From: Candidatus Obscuribacteraceae bacterium | Lineage (GTDB): Bacteria; Cyanobacteriota; Vampirovibrionia; Obscuribacterales; Obscuribacteraceae | Length of the DNA: 64,000 nucleotides | Assembly (NCBI GenBank): GCA_044229845.1 | Contig: JBGASG010000007.1 | Location: 128,001 to 192,000, forward strand | Direction of reading: 5' to 3' | Shown: piece after piece, positions 60,493 to 64,000 of the stretch | Layout: the number at the start of each line of letters is the position of its first letter | Position numbering within the stretch: position 1 is the stretch's first letter | Notes under the pieces: model-generated | Database searches by the model: none | Told to the model about the DNA's origin: nothing | What the model saw: only the letters and a program-made list of their open reading frames with translations | Position numbers and translations under genes: made by a program

Positions 60493-61242
60493 TTAAGAGC
60501 GGAAGCTTTGCAGGCGGGTTTCCGCCAGTGACAGCACTTGTTCAACGACATCGTCGATGGATAGACCGTCAGTATCGATTACGATGGCATCCTCAGCTTG
60601 CCGCAGGGGCGAGGTTTCTCTCGTCGAATCGAAGTGGTCTCGGGCCGTAATCTCTTCCATCAAAGTCTTCAGATCGGCGATTTGACCCATCTCCTTCAGA
60701 TCCTTCTGGCGGCGCTCGGCGCGTACTTCCGGGCTGGCTGTGAGGAATATTTTCAGCGCTGCCCGCGGCAGGACGACGGTACCGATATCGCGGCCGTCCA
60801 TGACGACACCGCCGCGATCAGCCATTTGCTGCTGCCGCGTCACCATAATTTTGCGGATGCCGGCAATGGCTGAGACCTGGCTGACAAAGCGCGTAACGAT
60901 GCGCGAACGGACGATCATGGTGACGTCGGTATCGTTGATGAAAACTCGCACACGTCCTCGCGAGGACGTGTCGGGCGGCTTTAAATCTATGCGCTCTTTC
61001 TCAACAAGAGCAATGACCTCGTCGGCGTTCTCCAGATTGGCCCTTTTCTCCAGAGCTATCCATGTCGCGGCTCTGTACATCGCGCCGGTATCTATATACA
61101 GATAGTGCAGCTTGTCGGCGACACGCTGGGCGACGGTGGACTTGCCTGCACCGGCCGGTCCATCGATGGCGATGCCGTCCTGCTTCGGTAGGGACATGTC
61201 AGCCTCGTTGCGCTGCGTATTGGAACTTGTGGTCTGTAACAT
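60493..61242 (-). CDS. cmk: Cytidylate kinase
   Basis: IAIDGPAGAGKSTVA, DTGAMYRA, DGRDIGTVV, KIFLTAS. Confidence 0.97.
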   Translation of the reverse strand: MLQTTSSNTQRNEADMSLPKQDGIAIDGPAGAGKSTVAQRVADKLHYLYIDTGAMYRAATWIALEKRANLENADEVIALVEKERIDLKPPDTSSRGRVRVFINDTDVTMIVRSRIVTRFVSQVSAIAGIRKIMVTRQQQMADRGGVVMDGRDIGTVVLPRAALKIFLTASPEVRAERRQKDLKEMGQIADLKTLMEEITARDHFDSTRETSPLRQAEDAIVIDTDGLSIDDVVEQVLSLAETRLQSFRS

Positions 61243-61260
61243 AAGCTCCCCCGCCGTGAC

Positions 61261-62097
61261 TCATGAGCCAGCCGGCTCATCCTTCTGCACCTGATTCCCC
61301 TGCATTCTAAGCGACTCCATGGTTTTAATGAAAGTTGGCAGACCGAAAATAATCGTAGTCAGCAATGAAACGATAATCACGGCGTTCAGCACCATCCTCA
61401 GCACTGGTGTTTCTTCCCAGGTTTCAGGGTGAGACGGGACAGGCTGCGATATTGTGTCTGAAATCTCATCTGGGTAAGTGCTGACCGGGCGGAAATCATC
61501 TGGGGGCGGTTCGTCGCGCAATGGTGCGTGCTGACCGGAGGCGCGTTGGGCGATCAACGCTTCCATGGCATCCACTGCCTCGTCGGCGATCGGGTCATCG
61601 CTGAGGACGGTCGCTGTCGGCAGCTGTATGCCGGAGATGCCACTTTCTGCGGTGGCATCCTCATCTGTGGCTCCGGGTGGGAGAATCGGCGCCACGGGGG
61701 CGTCCTTGCCGCCGAAGAGCTTGTCGAGCAACGAACCCTGATCGAACAACTCGCCGGGATCTTCCGGGAGGTTCGGCAGGTATTCAATCAATCGCGGCAG
61801 CGACAGGTGGAGAACGTCCTTTAAATCGCTCGGGTGCTCGTTGCCGCTGTCGAGCAAAACGAAGCTCCCTTCGCCGATTGCCAAAATGTCGCGCACGGCG
61901 GGATATCCGCTGTCGCCCTGGTCGGTGCATGCACCGACGATGAACTGCCCATCTGCAATGGCCAGTCGACCTGCGCTGTCGGATTCCTTCGACGCGATAC
62001 GCAGCACATAAAGACCGGCATCCTGTTCCGCCACCGCCTGGAGCACGTCCTTCATGCTCCACGACTTTGACAGCGAACCTTCGAAGACTACATCCAC
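61261..62097 (-). CDS. Membrane-anchored protein with a DUF4388/PatA-N-like N-terminal domain
   Basis: FEGSL...DVLQ...G.L.I...G; acidic linker; C-terminal TM. Confidence 0.6.
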   Translation of the reverse strand: MDVVFEGSLSKSWSMKDVLQAVAEQDAGLYVLRIASKESDSAGRLAIADGQFIVGACTDQGDSGYPAVRDILAIGEGSFVLLDSGNEHPSDLKDVLHLSLPRLIEYLPNLPEDPGELFDQGSLLDKLFGGKDAPVAPILPPGATDEDATAESGISGIQLPTATVLSDDPIADEAVDAMEALIAQRASGQHAPLRDEPPPDDFRPVSTYPDEISDTISQPVPSHPETWEETPVLRMVLNAVIIVSLLTTIIFGLPTFIKTMESLRMQGNQVQKDEPAGS

Positions 62098-62133
62098 AGA
62101 ATGTTTTGTTGAGTGCCGGTCACGGTGCCGGGT

Positions 62134-62487
62134 TTAGGTGCCTGTTCTACGCTTGTTCCAGATCATCTTCACCCAATCGTAGAAGCTAGGCGTCAGAGGT
62201 GCATTTTCGGCTGCTTGCTGCTGCGCTTGTTCGAGAGGCATGCCCTCGGAAATGCTCTTCACAATCTGGGCAACCTCACCGTCTTGTGGAAAGCGATGGA
62301 GAGCTTTCTTGGAAAAAAGCAGCTTGCCGTCGTGTTCTACTTCGAAAACGCCTCCCGATGATTGAATCAATTGAGACGGTTCGGCTAAAAGGGTTTCCAG
62401 TTCTGCCGCCAACCTGACGGCGTGTTGCTTGTAGCCTCAAGCCCCGCAATAGGTAATGCGAAATCCTTCGGTCGTGGTCATGCTCAT
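62134..62487 (-). CDS. Rdx (SelW/SelT/SelH) family selenoprotein, Sec at UGA 62437-62439
   Basis: MSMTTTEGFRITYCGA-U-GYKQHAVRLAAEL...SSGGVFEV..DGKLLFSKKALHRFP; AAGGAG RBS; alternative start ATG 62481. Confidence 0.92.
62405..62421 (-). promoter_or_regulatory. Putative bacterial SECIS hairpin
   Basis: GCCGUC-AGGUU-GGCGGC starting 15 nt after the in-frame UGA, with G residues in the apical loop. Confidence 0.7.
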
Positions 62488-62498
62488 GGTCTCCTTTA

Positions 62499-63275
62499 TT
62501 ATTTCTGTCCGAAGAGGCGCTGCCACCAGGACAAATTCAACAGTCGATTGTAATTGTCCTTCAGTTCCTGCAACTCTTGTTTGGCCTTATCCAGTTCGTC
62601 TTTGACGCGCCGATTCTCATTGGCATTTGTTTCCAGAAGGCGCATGGAACCCTGGAGCTGGGCGATCATGCGCATATCTTCCAGGTGCAGTCTGCGTTCT
62701 TCCGAGAGTGCTTTCTGCGTGACGCACAGCTCTCTCAATAGGTGTTCTACCTCATCAGAGCGGTCGATGACAATCGTCGGCTGCTCAAAACCGTTTTGCG
62801 ATGTGCGCCACGGCAACTTGCGCCGCGTTGTACTCTCGAAGGAGGAAGAATAGAACCGCTGCGTTGCCTCTTGGGGGTTACCCGCAGCAGCGTTTTCGGA
62901 GGGCTGCTGAGTGGTATCAAATGTGGTGCCGGCTGCGGCTACCTGGCGCACGCGAAACCCGGGCGGCGGAATAATCCGCCATTCGTCGCCGCTGCTTGTC
63001 TGCAGCTTGCGTGCCTGCCAGCCGTCCGGCAGCTTGTTGCCCCAGCGTCCGGAGATGCTGCGTTCTAGCGCCCTAATCGATTTGCCGAGCACCTGACCGG
63101 CTTGTTTGAGAGTCAGGAATGGACGCGGCACGTCATAGAAGACCGCTTCTTGGGCTTCTTCCGGAGGTGCGGGCAGCTCAAAGGCATTTTCGGACGGGAC
63201 GGAGGTCTGTCCAGACTCGTCCTCGAACTGAATTGCTTCCAGTGACGCCCCCGGGTTGGCCGTTTCCATGCTCAT
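62499..63275 (-). CDS. Putative HTH + coiled-coil protein with a C-terminal amphipathic WWQRLFG tail
   Basis: FLTLKQAGQVLGKSIRALERSI (HTH-like), heptad-rich C-terminal half, LSWWQRLFGQK; GAGGAG RBS. Confidence 0.75.
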   Translation of the reverse strand: MSMETANPGASLEAIQFEDESGQTSVPSENAFELPAPPEEAQEAVFYDVPRPFLTLKQAGQVLGKSIRALERSISGRWGNKLPDGWQARKLQTSSGDEWRIIPPPGFRVRQVAAAGTTFDTTQQPSENAAAGNPQEATQRFYSSSFESTTRRKLPWRTSQNGFEQPTIVIDRSDEVEHLLRELCVTQKALSEERRLHLEDMRMIAQLQGSMRLLETNANENRRVKDELDKAKQELQELKDNYNRLLNLSWWQRLFGQK

Positions 63276-63372
63276 AGCAGCTCCTCAAATGCGAGTTGCC
63301 AATTAGTTTAGGGCAACGGCTGCACGTCAAGGAATGGAATGTAATTTATCTATGCGAATCAATTTGGTCCGA

Positions 63373-63777
63373 TTACTCGGATTTTTCTTGAAACTTCAGC
63401 GAAGCCGAATTGACGCAATACCGCAAATTAGAAGGGCGAGGCCCATCTGGAAATACGTGTCCGAGATGCGCATCGCAGCGGCTGCACTTGATTTCAGTGC
63501 GAGTCATGCCGTGATCGGTATCTACCGCTTCGTCAATCTTTTCCGCTGCCATCGGCGCCCAGAAGCTAGGCCAGCCGCTTCCCGAATCGTATTTCTGCTC
63601 GGATGAAAACAGCTCGTTGCCGCAGCACACGCACAGATAGGTGCCTTCTTTCTTATTTTGGTAGTACTCACCCGTAAACGCTCTCTCGGTGCCTCGCTGA
63701 CGCGCCACCTCATACTGCTGCGCAGTCAACTGATTGCGCCATTCTTCATCGGTTTTGACAATTTTCTCGTCTGACAT
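63373..63777 (-). CDS. msrB: Peptide-methionine (R)-S-oxide reductase
   Basis: [38 protein letters not shown]; start ATG 63777. Confidence 0.98.
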   Translation of the reverse strand: MSDEKIVKTDEEWRNQLTAQQYEVARQRGTERAFTGEYYQNKKEGTYLCVCCGNELFSSEQKYDSGSGWPSFWAPMAAEKIDEAVDTDHGMTRTEIKCSRCDAHLGHVFPDGPRPSNLRYCVNSASLKFQEKSE

Positions 63778-63816
63778 TGCTAAAGAAATCTCCCTCGGCT
63801 CCGCGATCCTCAAAAA

Positions 63817-63842
63817 AGATCTCAACCGATATCGGTTGAGAT
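63817..63842. repeat. Palindrome copy 4
   Basis: AGATCTCAACCGATATCGGTTGAGAT, followed by TT instead of CT. Confidence 0.93.
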
Positions 63843-63911
63843 TTGTCTGCAGGGTGGATGCAGCAGGGGCAGGCTCTGAAAAGCCCGCCCCGCCACAAAT
63901 CTTACTTTCCG

Positions 63912-64000
63912 TTACTTGATGAGGCGTGCTTCAACAGCTGCCCAATCGACGTTGGCGAAAAATGCTTCGATGTACTTCGGACGATCGGCCGGTTTGTAAT
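63912..64000 (-). CDS. Fe/Mn superoxide dismutase, C-terminal fragment (runs off the window)
   Basis: Reverse strand reads [32 protein letters not shown], a typical SOD C-terminus. Confidence 0.8.
   Translation of the reverse strand, partial: YKPADRPKYIEAFFANVDWAAVEARLIK

Noticed and set aside
63373..63777. msrB as a second selenoprotein
   Set aside because: The catalytic position is an ordinary Cys (RYCVNS) with no in-frame UGA

Overview
Bacterial chromosomal window, most likely from a non-photosynthetic cyanobacterial relative (Melainabacteria/Vampirovibrionia, Obscuribacterales-like). This placement is inference: the window has cyanobacteria-type NblS/Hik33, a SigF-like sigma factor and a coaD-cdv3/DivIVA pair, plus adhE and many TPR, Ser/Thr kinase and matrixin genes, and no photosynthesis genes. 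Core genes: dnaK, nagB, adhE, sfsA, a CusB/CusA-type RND pair, gltA, otsA, coaD, cmk, msrB, a partial sod and tRNA-Pro(GGG). Accessory content lies mainly at ~25-46.5 kb: a Tad-type minor-pilin cluster, two nucleotidyltransferase/small-protein pairs, orphan genes and deletion-riddled pseudogenes (IS3 transposase, glutathione peroxidase, a frameshifted receiver-like gene). Main signals missed by the ORF track: (1) an Rdx/SelW-type selenoprotein with an in-frame CxxU UGA and a SECIS-like hairpin; (2) a dispersed 28-bp palindrome, AGATCTCAACCGATATCGGTTGAGATCT, with four intergenic copies (one perfect) between 50 and 64 kb, near an HTH/coiled-coil/amphipathic-tail gene; (3) two TadE paralogues with 49 identical consecutive residues but 32 of 49 codons synonymously different; (4) a cryptic three-piece glutathione peroxidase remnant. 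No CRISPR array or rRNA was seen. All product calls come from motif recognition by eye; no database searches were run.
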